Assembly (NCBI GenBank): GCA_963666365.2
Contig: CAXXNF010000002.1
Coordinates: 1,856,001-1,920,000 of the forward strand
From: Syntrophales bacterium
GTDB taxonomy: Bacteria; Desulfobacterota; Syntrophia; Syntrophales; UBA2210
Reading direction: 5' to 3'
Length of the DNA stretch: 64,000 bases
The position numbers and the translations under genes were made by a program. Every line of letters starts with the position of its first letter. Position 1 is the stretch's first letter. The notes beneath the pieces are model-generated. The model was not told the DNA's origin and ran no database searches. It was given only the letters and a program-made list of their open reading frames with translations. Shown one piece after another: positions 1 through 9,433 of this stretch.

Positions 1-865
1 CCTTTGACGGATCGCGCACTCGGAAGGTAACATCGTGAGTGCCTATCCTAATAATTCTGTCGTTCGAGATGGCCACACGGTGGGTGTAGCGACCGAGATA
101 CTCGATGACATGTTTTACGCTTCTGAAAGGTTCCTTGCAGTAGACAACCCACTCTTTGCGATAAAGATCGGCAACGAACTGTCGAAAGATCGCCCGTTCC
201 TTTAGGGCCTCGATCTTGCCGGGGAATCTCAGATCGGCTGCTTCGTAGGCTTTTTTGAGATAGTGAAGAAACTTACCCCGAAAGAGCCGGGAAAGAACCT
301 TGACCGGCAGGAAGTAGTCCTCCTTCGCCGGAATCCATCGCTCCCCGTCAAGGGAAAGTCCGCCGCCTGTCACGATGCAGTGAACATGGGGATGATCGAT
401 CAGGCTCTGCGACCAGGTGTGCAGGATGGCAATGCAGCCGATCTCAGCACCCAGATGACGATGATCGCGGGAAAGATCCATGATGGTCTCGGAGGCGGCC
501 TTGAAAAGTATGTGGTAGAGGGTCTTCTGGTTCCGCAGGGCCAGCGGTCGAAGTTCCTGGGGAATCGTGAAAACGATATGCACGTAGGAAATGGGCAGCA
601 AGTCCTTTTTTCTTGCCTCCAGCCACAGCTCTCGCTTCAGTCCCTGGCATTTGGGGCAGTGGCGATTCCGGCAGGAGTTGTAGGAGATCCGAACGGCACC
701 GCAATGGTCGCATTCATCCACATGTCCGCCAAGCGCGGCGGTCCGGCATAGTTCAATGGCTCGCATCGCCCGGTGGTGTCGTCCGGCCATTCTGCCGCCA
801 TGGATATCTCGATAGGCCTCCCCAAATTCACGGAAGACCTGGGCCACTTCCGTGGTTCCACGCAT
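1..865 (-). CDS. IS91-family (Y2/HUH) transposase, 3' end outside the window
   Basis: Not in the ORF track because it runs off the edge. Manual translation from ATG 865 gives MRGTTEVAQVFREFG...CRTAALGGHVDECDHCG...YNSCRNRHCPKCQ (Zn-finger), LHTW...HPHVHC (HUH motif) and YLGRYTHRVAISNDRI (YxxxY). Confidence 0.93.
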   Translation of the reverse strand, partial: MRGTTEVAQVFREFGEAYRDIHGGRMAGRHHRAMRAIELCRTAALGGHVDECDHCGAVRISYNSCRNRHCPKCQGLKRELWLEARKKDLLPISYVHIVFTIPQELRPLALRNQKTLYHILFKAASETIMDLSRDHRHLGAEIGCIAILHTWSQSLIDHPHVHCIVTGGGLSLDGERWIPAKEDYFLPVKVLSRLFRGKFLHYLKKAYEAADLRFPGKIEALKERAIFRQFVADLYRKEWVVYCKEPFRSVKHVIEYLGRYTHRVAISNDRIIRIGTHDVTFRVRDPSK

Positions 866-879
866 GAAACGGCGACCCG

Positions 880-1734
880 CTAAAGAACGCTGTCCCGCGA
901 GGCGGCGATCACGTCGAGGGGATTGGCGATCCGTTCAAAGTCCTTTCGAGAGAGGTGGAGGTAAACGGCCGTAGTCTTGGGGCTGGCGTGCCCCAGAAGC
1001 CGCTGTATGTGGTACAGGTCCGCCCCGTTCTCCAAGAGATGGGTGGCAAAGCTGTGGCGCAGGGTATGGACGCTCCCCGCTTTCCTAACGCCCGCTCTGA
1101 GCAGCGCATCTTTAAAGGCTTTCTGGACGCTTGACACTGAAAGAGGCGACCACTTGTCTTTGCCGAAGAAGAGCCAGTTCACGGGATGGCACTGCGACCA
1201 GTAAAACCGCAGTTCTTCCAGGGTCCGTTTGGCCAGCAGGGTGTAGCGGTCTTTGTTGCCCTTCCCCTGGCGTATGCGAATCACCATGCGCTCGCTGTCG
1301 ATGTCAGACACTCTCAGGTGCACGGCTTCATTGAGCCGCAATCCTCCCGAGTAGATCGTCATGAGAATGGCCCGATGCTTCAGATTGCCGACGACCGAAA
1401 GAACGGCCCGCACCTCCTCCGGCGAAAAAACCGCAGGTAGGCTCTTTTGTTTCTTCGCACGAGGTATCCGGTAGGAGATCCAGTCGCGCTTCAATGTCGT
1501 CTCATAGAAAAACTTCAGGGCGCTGTAAGTCTGACTCACCGTTGACTGAGAAGCCTTCTTCTCTTCGATGAGATAGTGAAGATAGGTCTTGATCTCTTCT
1601 TCTCCCAACGTCTCCGGCGACGCCCCAAAGTGACGCACAAATCTGCGCATGTGCTCCAGATAGCATTCCCGCGTCCTCCGGCTGAGGTGGCGCAGCTCCA
1701 TATCGCGTTTCATCTGATCGCGCAGTCTTCCCAT
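880..1734 (-). CDS. Tyrosine recombinase/integrase (SAM-like N-terminus), IS91-associated type
   Basis: Catalytic motifs YSGGLRLNE, GKGNKDR, HTLRHSFATHLLE and LLGHASPKTTAVY. Start placed at ATG 1734 (MGRLRDQM), which follows an AGAAAGGAGA RBS. Confidence 0.92.
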   Translation of the reverse strand: MGRLRDQMKRDMELRHLSRRTRECYLEHMRRFVRHFGASPETLGEEEIKTYLHYLIEEKKASQSTVSQTYSALKFFYETTLKRDWISYRIPRAKKQKSLPAVFSPEEVRAVLSVVGNLKHRAILMTIYSGGLRLNEAVHLRVSDIDSERMVIRIRQGKGNKDRYTLLAKRTLEELRFYWSQCHPVNWLFFGKDKWSPLSVSSVQKAFKDALLRAGVRKAGSVHTLRHSFATHLLENGADLYHIQRLLGHASPKTTAVYLHLSRKDFERIANPLDVIAASRDSVL

Positions 1735-1868
1735 ATCTTTTCTCCTTTCTTGCATGAATGATGAATCATCCTTACAAAAAGAAGAACGATCAGGACAGCA
1801 ACAATGTACGCTATTCAATTGTCAAAGAACGACCATTTTTACTTAAAATACCGCCGCGTAGCGGCTTA

Positions 1869-2038
1869 GTTCAACAATGAGTAGATTGTTTCTTCGTATC
1901 AAAATTAGGCAGCAATGTTGCGGGATAAGTACCCGCTCGTTGCGTTGTCATAACTACAATTATTACAGTTAATTGGATCTTTTAACTCATTTAATCTGTG
2001 GTGTTATATTGTTTCCATGTAATACCCTTACACTTTTT
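1869..2038 (-). other. Putative attI-like integron recombination region
   Basis: AT-rich spacer just 3' of an IntI-like stop codon. It holds two copies of GAAACAATnTA (1882-1892 and 2005-2015) and ends in GTTGAAC, a GTTRRRY core (1869-1875, minus strand). Confidence 0.45.
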
Positions 2039-2125
2039 TTACAAGTCGTCCACGGGGCTTTTCACGCCCTTGCCTCCCCTATTAAGAACGTGGGTATAGA
2101 TCATCGTTGTTTTGACATCTTTATG
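2039..2125 (-). pseudogene. intI: Integron integrase (IntI) C-terminal remnant
   Basis: [28 protein letters not shown] matches the characteristic IntI C-terminus. The upstream sequence does not continue as an integrase. Confidence 0.8.
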
Positions 2126-2442
2126 ACTTTGTTCTTCTGAAACTCTTGTCATCATACCGGGCACCGCTGAATGGAACATGACGCCGTTTGTTTTCTGATG
2201 TCGTCGAGGTATGTGCGGTTCGGACACCACTATGTTATATGACACACGATATCCCTCTCTACCGGCGAGGGTCCGAACGTTTTGGAAGGTTGTGAATTCA
2301 TTCTATGCCAAATTTGTCTTTTGATTGCAATATATTTATTTTTTTGTAGTATGGTACGCACAATATTTGAAGACGTACTGGAAAGATCGGGAATGAACTC
2401 TCTTCTCCCGCAATAACCGACATCGAAAGGAGCACAATCGCC

Positions 2443-4065
2443 ATGGCCGATTTTTGCACGGCAGACCTGATTTTAAAAAATGGGAACATCGTGACCATGA
2501 ACGCCAATGACGACACCGCCGAAGCGGTTGCCGTCAAGAACGGGCTCATTTTTGCGGTAGGATCGACGGAAGATATTATGTCGCTTGCCGGAAGGGGAAG
2601 CGACATAATCGATCTCGAGGGGAAAACCGTCACGCCGGGCCTCGTGGAAAATCACTGTCACGCCTCCATTGTGGGACTGAATATGTGCTTCGAGGTTGAT
2701 GTTCGGCAGGCTCGTTCCATCGACGAGATTACGGCACTTATAGAAAACAAGGCACGGGAGCTTCCGAAGGGCAGATGGTTGAAGGGATTCGGCTACAACG
2801 ATCAAAGACTGAAGGAGAAGCGCCACCCCTCCCGCAGAGACCTTGACGGGGCGACGATGGATCATCCCGTGTTTCTGGCGCGCACCGACGGCCACCTGGC
2901 CGTGGCGAACAGTGCCGCCTTCGCCCTGGCCGGCATCACAAGGAACAGCGCTGATCCGGAGGGCGGCCGTATCGACAGGGACCCTCACACCAGCGAACCG
3001 ACGGGGGTGCTGAGAGAAACGGCTCAAACGCTCGTGAGAACCCATATTCCCCGCTATACGGTCGCCGACTTCAAGGAGGGGATCATCGCGGCCTGCCGCC
3101 AGCTTGCCGCCTGGGGTGTGACCTCCTTCAATGACGCCGCCGTGGGCCGGGAAGCACTGACGGCCTACCAGGAACTGCTGGCAGAAAACCGCTTGCCCCT
3201 GCGGGTGGGCGTCATGATTCCGGGGTTACCATTGCTGGAACTTCCGGGATATCTGGATTCGTTAAGGTTTCTCGGCATCCGCGCCGGATTCGGAAGCGAC
3301 CGCCTGAAGATTTACGGCACAAAGTTTATGTGTGACGGTTCCATGAGCGGCTGGACGGCCGCCCTGTATGAACCCTATGCCAATGAGCCGAATGAATACG
3401 GCATTACGGTCATACCGAAAGAGGAACTCACCGAAGGCATCGTCGCCGCTCACAAGGCCGGCCTGCGTCCCCTCACCCACGCCATCGGCGACCGCGCCAT
3501 CGACATCGTACTCGACGCCATCGAACTGGCCCTGAAGGAACGACCTGATGCGAATCACCGCATGACCGTCGAGCACTGCAGCCTGCCTACGACCGCGGCA
3601 ATCGACCGGATGAAACGGCTGGGCGTAGTGCCGTCGTCATCGGTCGGGTTTATCTACGAGCTGGGCGCCGCCCATCTGCTGGGCCTGGGAGCGGATCGCA
3701 TCAGGGGCTATTTCCCCCACAAGACCTATCTTGAAAAGGGCATCATCTCCGTGGGAAATTCGGACTGGTTTGTCACTTCCGGCAACATCGCCCAGCAGAT
3801 TTACAGCGCCGTGACTCGCAGAAGTTATACCGGCGAAACTATCGGGATCGAGCAGGCGATTCCCGTAAAAGAGGCGCTGCGTCTGTACACCGCCAACGCC
3901 GCCTACGCCTCCTTCGAGGAACATATCAAGGGTACCATCGAACCGGGAAAGCTGGCCGACATGACGGTGCTGGACCGGGATATTCTCACCATATCGCCGG
4001 AAGAAATCAGGGAGATGCGCCCTGAGATGACCATTGTGGGAGGCACCATCGTCTACCGGAAGTAA
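2443..4065 (+). CDS. Amidohydrolase (YtcJ-like, amidohydrolase 3 family)
   Basis: Motifs DLEGKTVTPGLVENHCH, HAIGDRA, VEHC, GNSDW and GTIEPGKLADMTVLD. GAAAGGAG RBS. Confidence 0.88.
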   Translation: MADFCTADLILKNGNIVTMNANDDTAEAVAVKNGLIFAVGSTEDIMSLAGRGSDIIDLEGKTVTPGLVENHCHASIVGLNMCFEVDVRQARSIDEITALIENKARELPKGRWLKGFGYNDQRLKEKRHPSRRDLDGATMDHPVFLARTDGHLAVANSAAFALAGITRNSADPEGGRIDRDPHTSEPTGVLRETAQTLVRTHIPRYTVADFKEGIIAACRQLAAWGVTSFNDAAVGREALTAYQELLAENRLPLRVGVMIPGLPLLELPGYLDSLRFLGIRAGFGSDRLKIYGTKFMCDGSMSGWTAALYEPYANEPNEYGITVIPKEELTEGIVAAHKAGLRPLTHAIGDRAIDIVLDAIELALKERPDANHRMTVEHCSLPTTAAIDRMKRLGVVPSSSVGFIYELGAAHLLGLGADRIRGYFPHKTYLEKGIISVGNSDWFVTSGNIAQQIYSAVTRRSYTGETIGIEQAIPVKEALRLYTANAAYASFEEHIKGTIEPGKLADMTVLDRDILTISPEEIREMRPEMTIVGGTIVYRK

Positions 4066-4221
4066 TAGTTCCTGCCTGCGTAACCGTGCACCCAGTGCGA
4101 AACTCATTACGCACTTTTTTGCAATATTTCCCGCAATGGAAGTACGCGGTGAAATCTACCCTCATACCCTAACCCATCGAAATCAAGGAGACCTCCCGAA
4201 ATCTCGGCGCGCCGCGCTTTT

Positions 4222-4238
4222 CTGGCACGCATTCTGCT
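4222..4238 (+). promoter_or_regulatory. Sigma54 (-24/-12) promoter upstream of the fab-like cluster
   Basis: CTGGCACGCATTCTGCT gives GG-N10-GC with an intact TGGCACG, about 185 bp before fabD in an intergenic region. Confidence 0.72.
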
Positions 4239-4279
4239 CATATAGAACTGCTGAATGGAGAGCTTTATCACATCTCATA

Positions 4280-4360
4280 GTCATTCCGGGGAAGCGAAGC
4301 GCGACCCGGAATCCAGGAACTATCTAAGAAACCTGGATGCCGGATCGCGTCCGGCATAAC
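4280..4360. repeat. REP/RPE-like palindromic intergenic element
   Basis: GTCATTCCGGG...GACCCGGAATCCAGG...CCTGGATGCCGGATCGCGTCCGGCATAAC forms nested hairpins of the widespread GTCATTCC...GGAATCCAG/CTGGAT...ATGAC type. Confidence 0.75.
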
Positions 4361-4422
4361 AACATTGAAGTTAGAGGATTTTTTTAAGCTCTCGAAGCAT
4401 TATGCGCAAGAAAGGTATCTAC

Positions 4423-5373
4423 ATGGACTCTCAATCGATCGCCCTTGTCTTTCCCGGGCAGGGATCGCAAAAAACCGGGATGGGCAGGGATTTCTACGAC
4501 GAAAGCGGTATCGGGAAAGCCACCTATCAGGAGGCATCGGAGGCGCTCGGTTTTGATGTGGCGGCACTTTGTTTTGAAGAAGATGAACGCCTCAACCTGA
4601 CCGAATATGCCCAGCCCTGCATCCTTGCAACGGAAATCGCCATGTTCAGGGTCATAGACAATCTGTATGGTCTGCGCCCGGCGCGTTTCGGGGGCCACAG
4701 CCTCGGCGAATACACTGCACTGGTGACGGCAGGCGTTCTGCCCTTCCCGGGCGCTCTGAGAGTCGTGCGGGAACGCGGCCGTCTCATGCAGCAGGCAACC
4801 CCTGTCGGCATGGGGGGCATGGCGGCGTTAATTGCAGACAATCTCGATAAGGAAGAACTTGCGGCAATTCTCAGTGATCTTCCCGTGGATATCGCAAACC
4901 TCAACTCGGCACGGCAGGTGGTCATAAGCGGCGAAACGAAGGGCCTTGCAGAGGCGGAAACTCGCCTCACTGATATACTGGGCGCCAGGGGGGCCTTCCG
5001 CTATGTGCCCCTCACGGTAAGCGCCCCATTTCACAGCCGCTTCATGGAAACGATAAAAGAGCCCTTCCGGACGGTATTGAAGGACATTGAATCGACCATT
5101 CATCCCGAAGGTGCGTCTTCCGTCACCTCGAACTTCAGCGGCGGTTTTCACGAAAACAGCAGCGAAAAAATTATCGACCGGCTCGTTTCGCAGCTTTCCG
5201 GCACCGTCCGGTGGACCGACAACATGCATGCACTGGCCGCCGGAAACGCATCGATTATCGAAATGGGACCGGGCCGCCCCCTGAGGGATTTTTTTAAAAG
5301 CATCGACGTCTCCTGCACATCGGTCACCACTTTTACCGCAGCACGCAGGACTTTTGAAAAGAGTACCACTTAA
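4423..5373 (+). CDS. fabD: Malonyl-CoA:ACP transacylase
   Basis: Motifs FPGQGSQ, GHSLGEY and VSAPFHS. Start moved to ATG 4423 after AAAGG. Confidence 0.92.
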   Translation: MDSQSIALVFPGQGSQKTGMGRDFYDESGIGKATYQEASEALGFDVAALCFEEDERLNLTEYAQPCILATEIAMFRVIDNLYGLRPARFGGHSLGEYTALVTAGVLPFPGALRVVRERGRLMQQATPVGMGGMAALIADNLDKEELAAILSDLPVDIANLNSARQVVISGETKGLAEAETRLTDILGARGAFRYVPLTVSAPFHSRFMETIKEPFRTVLKDIESTIHPEGASSVTSNFSGGFHENSSEKIIDRLVSQLSGTVRWTDNMHALAAGNASIIEMGPGRPLRDFFKSIDVSCTSVTTFTAARRTFEKSTT

Positions 5374-5403
5374 TACAATCTGAGTTTTAAGGAAGGAATC
5401 ATA

Positions 5404-6603
5404 ATGGATCTGAGTCTCTCCGACGAGCAGCGGATGTACATCGACACTGTGCGAAAATTTGTAAAACAGGAAATTTCCCCCGGCATCATGAATCTGGAAA
5501 AGGAACACCTCTTTCCTTATTCGCTCATAGAGAAAACATGGGATCTGGGCCTGATGAATCTCTCTCTTCCGGAGGAAATCCGCGGCTACGAGATTGATAT
5601 CGTCTCCACTGCACTTATCATAAAGGAACTTTCTTACGGAGATACCGGCATCTCCACGTCGGCCATGTGCAACGATCTGGCAAACGTGGTCATCGCCATG
5701 CACGGGACGGAGGCGCAAAAAGAATCTTTTCTGCGTCCCTTTACGGAACAGCCGATTATTTCTTCATTCTGTCTGACCGAACCGGAAGCCGGTTCGGACA
5801 ACAGCGCCATGAAGACCTTCATTAAAAAGGGACCCGACGGACGGTACATTCTCAACGGGGAAAAGTGTTTCATCACCAACGCCTCCTTTGCCTCACAGTT
5901 CACCGTCTTCTGCAAGGTGGGTAAGCCTAACGGCCTTATGGTCGCCTGCCTGATTATCCCCTATACCAAGCTGAAAGACGCCAAGATCGTAACGCTCCCT
6001 TCAGGGGCCAGGGAAATCAACCTTCCCGGGGGAGGAACCATCACGACGGGAAAACCGGAAGACAAGTTGGGACAGCGCCTGTCCAATACGGCAACGGTCA
6101 ATTTCGAAGACGTTCCCATAGACGACGACCAGATTATCGGCAACCGGAGACTCGGATTCCATTATGCCGTGGATGTGCTCGATTACGCCCGCCCCATGGT
6201 CGCCGCAATCGGAGTGGGACTGGCACGGCGGGCCTTTGATGTGACCGTGGCCTACACGAGGGAACGCCGGCAGTTCGGCAAAAGGATCTGCGATATGCCG
6301 GTGGCGCAAAACACTCTCGTGCAGATGTGGAAAAAGGTGGAACTTGCCGATGCGGCGCTGATGAAGGCTGCCTGCAAAGTGCAGGAAAGGGCCGAGGATC
6401 GGGGCATGTATGCGTCGCTTGCAAAGAACACCGCTGCCGAGGCGGCCCTTTTCTGCACCACCGAAGGGCTCCATCTCCACGGCGGGTATGGATTCATGAC
6501 GGAATACGAAATATCGAAGCTCGCCCGCGACGCCCACATCATCGACATCTATGAGGGCACCAGGGAAGTGCAGGACATGATCATCGGAAGAGAGATTGTA
6601 TAG
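5404..6603 (+). CDS. Acyl-CoA/acyl-ACP dehydrogenase (ACAD family)
   Basis: Motifs FCLTEPEAGSD, LNGEKCFITNA, ERRQFGK, HGGYGF and IYEGT. Confidence 0.92.
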   Translation: MDLSLSDEQRMYIDTVRKFVKQEISPGIMNLEKEHLFPYSLIEKTWDLGLMNLSLPEEIRGYEIDIVSTALIIKELSYGDTGISTSAMCNDLANVVIAMHGTEAQKESFLRPFTEQPIISSFCLTEPEAGSDNSAMKTFIKKGPDGRYILNGEKCFITNASFASQFTVFCKVGKPNGLMVACLIIPYTKLKDAKIVTLPSGAREINLPGGGTITTGKPEDKLGQRLSNTATVNFEDVPIDDDQIIGNRRLGFHYAVDVLDYARPMVAAIGVGLARRAFDVTVAYTRERRQFGKRICDMPVAQNTLVQMWKKVELADAALMKAACKVQERAEDRGMYASLAKNTAAEAALFCTTEGLHLHGGYGFMTEYEISKLARDAHIIDIYEGTREVQDMIIGREIV

Positions 6604-6605
6604 CC

Positions 6606-7589
6606 ATGGTGTATCTTCACGGATTAGGACACTTTCACCCTGAAACTATTATTACCAACGGGTTCCTCGCCGATCTGGACATCGGTTGCAGCGAGGAATG
6701 GATTATGGAACGGGTGGGCATAAAAACCCGGCGCACTGCCCTGCCCCTGGATTATATACGATCAACGAAAAACAGCGATCCCCGGGCCGCCAGGGAGGCC
6801 AGCCGCTATGATCACGGCCAGATGGGGGCTTTTGCCGCGCGCATGGCGATCGAGCGCGCCGGTATCGAAGCCGCTGACATCGGCATGGTGATTTCCGGCT
6901 CATCGGCGCCGGATCATGTCTCGCCGGCTGAGGCATCGTCAGTGGCAACGGAACTGGACATTACGGTCCCCTGCTTTGACATCACCTCCGCCTGCAGCAC
7001 CTTCGGCACCCAGTTGCGCCTCCTCTCTTCAATGAAACCGGAGGAACTGCCCACATATATTCTTATCGTAAACCCCGAAAGCCTCACCCAGACGGTGGAT
7101 TACAGCGATCGCCGGGTGGTTCCCCTTTTCGGAGACGGAAGCAGCGCCGCAGTGGTCTCGCTGGCCGTTCCTTCCGAGATCGTCGTCACCGACTGCCTCA
7201 TCGATTCCAACCCGCAGGGATGGAATAAGGTCATGATACCCCGGTTCAATTATTTTTCCCAGGACGGCAATGCCGTGCAGGGATTTGCGATCAGGAAAAC
7301 CACCGAAGGGGTTCGCCGCCTCATGAACGGCGCCGGCAACAGAACGAAGGGCTTTAAATTCATCGGTCATCAGGCCAATCTGGGCATGCTGACGACGGTG
7401 TGCGAGCGATGCGGCATCGAGAACGGAAGTCACTGGTTCAACGTGGACACTTTCGGCAATACGGGATGTTCCTCTGCCCCTGCGGTACTGAGTCAGCATT
7501 GGGACGATCTGCGTCCCGGCCACCGTATCGCCATGGTGGTAGTGGGATCGGGACTCACCTGGGCCTCAATGATGATGGAAGTGAAATAA
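6606..7589 (+). CDS. fabH: 3-oxoacyl-ACP synthase III (FabH-like)
   Basis: Cys-His-Asn triad in SACS, GHQAN and FGNTG. Also LFGDG. Confidence 0.85.
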   Translation: MVYLHGLGHFHPETIITNGFLADLDIGCSEEWIMERVGIKTRRTALPLDYIRSTKNSDPRAAREASRYDHGQMGAFAARMAIERAGIEAADIGMVISGSSAPDHVSPAEASSVATELDITVPCFDITSACSTFGTQLRLLSSMKPEELPTYILIVNPESLTQTVDYSDRRVVPLFGDGSSAAVVSLAVPSEIVVTDCLIDSNPQGWNKVMIPRFNYFSQDGNAVQGFAIRKTTEGVRRLMNGAGNRTKGFKFIGHQANLGMLTTVCERCGIENGSHWFNVDTFGNTGCSSAPAVLSQHWDDLRPGHRIAMVVVGSGLTWASMMMEVK

Positions 7590-7592
7590 GAC

Positions 7593-8201
7593 ATGACCTA
7601 TCAGGAATTTATTACAAAAAACAGTTTTTCTCTCACGGATTTGATCGGCTTCGCCTATGGCCGTCTTGTGGACGATCCACCGGAGCATTTCGACGCCCGT
7701 TTGCCGGCGCCGCCGTTTCTGATGCCCGATCGGATCGTATCGATTACGGAAAACGGTAGAAAAGGAACAATTATCGCAGAACAGGATGTGCGACTGGACG
7801 GCTGGTATTTTCAGTGTCACATGCCGGGCGATCCCGTGCTTCCCGGCTGTCTCTGCGTCGATGCAATCTGGCAGCTGCTCGGATTTTACTGCGTCTGGCG
7901 GCAGGCCCTTGGATCGGGACGGGCCCTGGGATGTGACGAAGTAAGCTTCAATGGACAGATTCGCCCCTTCAACCGGATTATCCGTTACGAACTCGATATC
8001 CTCCGCTTTTCCAATCTCAAGGATTCCGGCGCAAGTCTTGCCATCGCCGACGGCAGGGTCTTTGTGGACAATGAGTTGATCATGACGGTGCAGCGGGCCC
8101 GCACGGGCACCTTCAGGGGGATTGCCTATCCCGATTACCCGTTGGAGTCGGCCAACAGCCGTGGGGGGATGATCACGCGAGGGAACGAGGAAAGGAACTG
8201 A
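7593..8201 (+). CDS. fabA: FabA-type 3-hydroxyacyl-ACP dehydratase/isomerase
   Basis: ARLPAPPFLMPDRI and WYFQCHMPGDPVLPGCLCVDAIWQLLGFY carry the His/Asp dyad typical of FabA. Confidence 0.85.
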   Translation: MTYQEFITKNSFSLTDLIGFAYGRLVDDPPEHFDARLPAPPFLMPDRIVSITENGRKGTIIAEQDVRLDGWYFQCHMPGDPVLPGCLCVDAIWQLLGFYCVWRQALGSGRALGCDEVSFNGQIRPFNRIIRYELDILRFSNLKDSGASLAIADGRVFVDNELIMTVQRARTGTFRGIAYPDYPLESANSRGGMITRGNEERN

Positions 8202-8202
8202 C

Positions 8203-8967
8203 ATGGATTCGAATCGAAGCGCATCTGCATCCGTTGAATCCGGCACAAAGCCGGTAGCCCTGGTGACGGGGGGCGGCAGGGGAATCGGTGCGGCCTGCTG
8301 CCGCGCCCTTGCAGCGGAAGGATTCCGTGTGGGGATTCATTACCGTTCAAGCGAAAAGGAGGCACAGAAGGTACTGGATGATATCGAAGACGGGTTTCTT
8401 CTCCGCGCCGATCTCTCAAATCCCGACGAAGTGGACGAACTGGTGAAATCAGTCAAGTCCGAGGCGGGTCGTCTCGATGTACTTGTCAATAATGCGGGAA
8501 TTTCCATCGACAAGGACATCAACAGCATGAAAATCGACGAATTCGACCTGCAGCGATCGGTGGTGCGCGGCGCCTGGTACCTCACGAAACGTGTGCTTCG
8601 CCTCTTCATGCTGAGAAGCGGAAACGGCCGGATCATCAATATCTCCAGCGTGGTGGCCCATACGGGGAACGGCGGACAGATTCCCTATACCATGGAAAAG
8701 GCCGCCCTCGACGCCTTCACGAAGTCGCTGGCCAAAGAACTCTGGGGACGCAATATTCTGATCAACTCGGTGGCGCCGGGCTTTATCGAAACGGCCATGA
8801 CGGAAACACTCCCCGCCGAGGTTCGTGACAGGATCCTCTCAAACATTCCCCTGGCACGCATGGGAACCCCTGAGGAGGTGGCGGACATGGTGGCCTTTCT
8901 CGCACGCCGCGGCACCTACATCACGGGGACGGTGATTCATGTCAGTGGAGGACTTTATGGAGGCTAA
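8203..8967 (+). CDS. fabG: 3-oxoacyl-ACP reductase (SDR)
   Basis: Motifs TGGGRGIG, VNNAG, YxxxK (YTMEK) and APGFIET. Confidence 0.85.
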   Translation: MDSNRSASASVESGTKPVALVTGGGRGIGAACCRALAAEGFRVGIHYRSSEKEAQKVLDDIEDGFLLRADLSNPDEVDELVKSVKSEAGRLDVLVNNAGISIDKDINSMKIDEFDLQRSVVRGAWYLTKRVLRLFMLRSGNGRIINISSVVAHTGNGGQIPYTMEKAALDAFTKSLAKELWGRNILINSVAPGFIETAMTETLPAEVRDRILSNIPLARMGTPEEVADMVAFLARRGTYITGTVIHVSGGLYGG

Positions 8968-9433
8968 CGGAATCGCGGTCAAAGAGATACTGGATCTGGT
9001 TCCGCAGCAGGCGCCGTTCCGTTTTATCGACGACATACTCGAACTGAACGACGAGTCTATCGTGGGAACCTACCGTTTCAAAGAAGACGAATATTTTTAT
9101 CGGGGTCACTTCCCGGACTGCCCGGTGACCCCGGGAGTCATTCTGGTGGAGACAATGGCGCAGACCGGCGTTGTCGCCTTCGGCATTTATCTTCTCCTGC
9201 GCCGGGGCATCAGCGCCGAACGGATAAGAAACATGACCACACTGTTTGCGATGGCCGACGGCGTGGAATTCAGCGCCCTGGTCAGCCCCGGCGAGCGCGT
9301 AAGAGTGCGGGGTGAAAAGGTATATCTGCGCAGGGGGAACCTTAAAACAAAAATTACGCTGGAAAAGGAGGATGGCCGACTGGCCTGTTCCGGCATATTG
9401 ACAGGAAAAGGAGTGACAATCAATGAGACATAG
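8957..9433 (+). CDS. fabZ: FabZ-type 3-hydroxyacyl-ACP dehydratase
   Basis: PQQAPFRFID and GHFPDCPVTPGVILVETMAQ (His/Glu). Start at ATG 8957 after GGAGGA. Confidence 0.82.
   Translation: MEANGIAVKEILDLVPQQAPFRFIDDILELNDESIVGTYRFKEDEYFYRGHFPDCPVTPGVILVETMAQTGVVAFGIYLLLRRGISAERIRNMTTLFAMADGVEFSALVSPGERVRVRGEKVYLRRGNLKTKITLEKEDGRLACSGILTGKGVTINET

Larger units (their letters stand above)
1..1872 (-). mobile_element. IS91-family element carrying a tyrosine recombinase (partial)
   Basis: Co-oriented integrase and Y2 transposase are 14 bp apart. The upstream end has a GCCGC-GTA-GCGGC hairpin followed by TTAGTTC, resembling a terIS end. Confidence 0.7.

Noticed and set aside
263..751. 162-aa plus-strand ORF
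   Set aside because: It is the antisense shadow of the IS91 transposase, which carries all the recognisable motifs.
1735..1818. N-terminal extension of the integrase in the ORF track
   Set aside because: A strong RBS precedes ATG 1734, and the extension has no recognisable domain content.
2218..2278. GTTCGGAC...GTCCGAAC inverted repeat as a possible attC
   Set aside because: The arms are in the wrong order for an attC (GTT first, AAC last) and no L boxes are recognisable.
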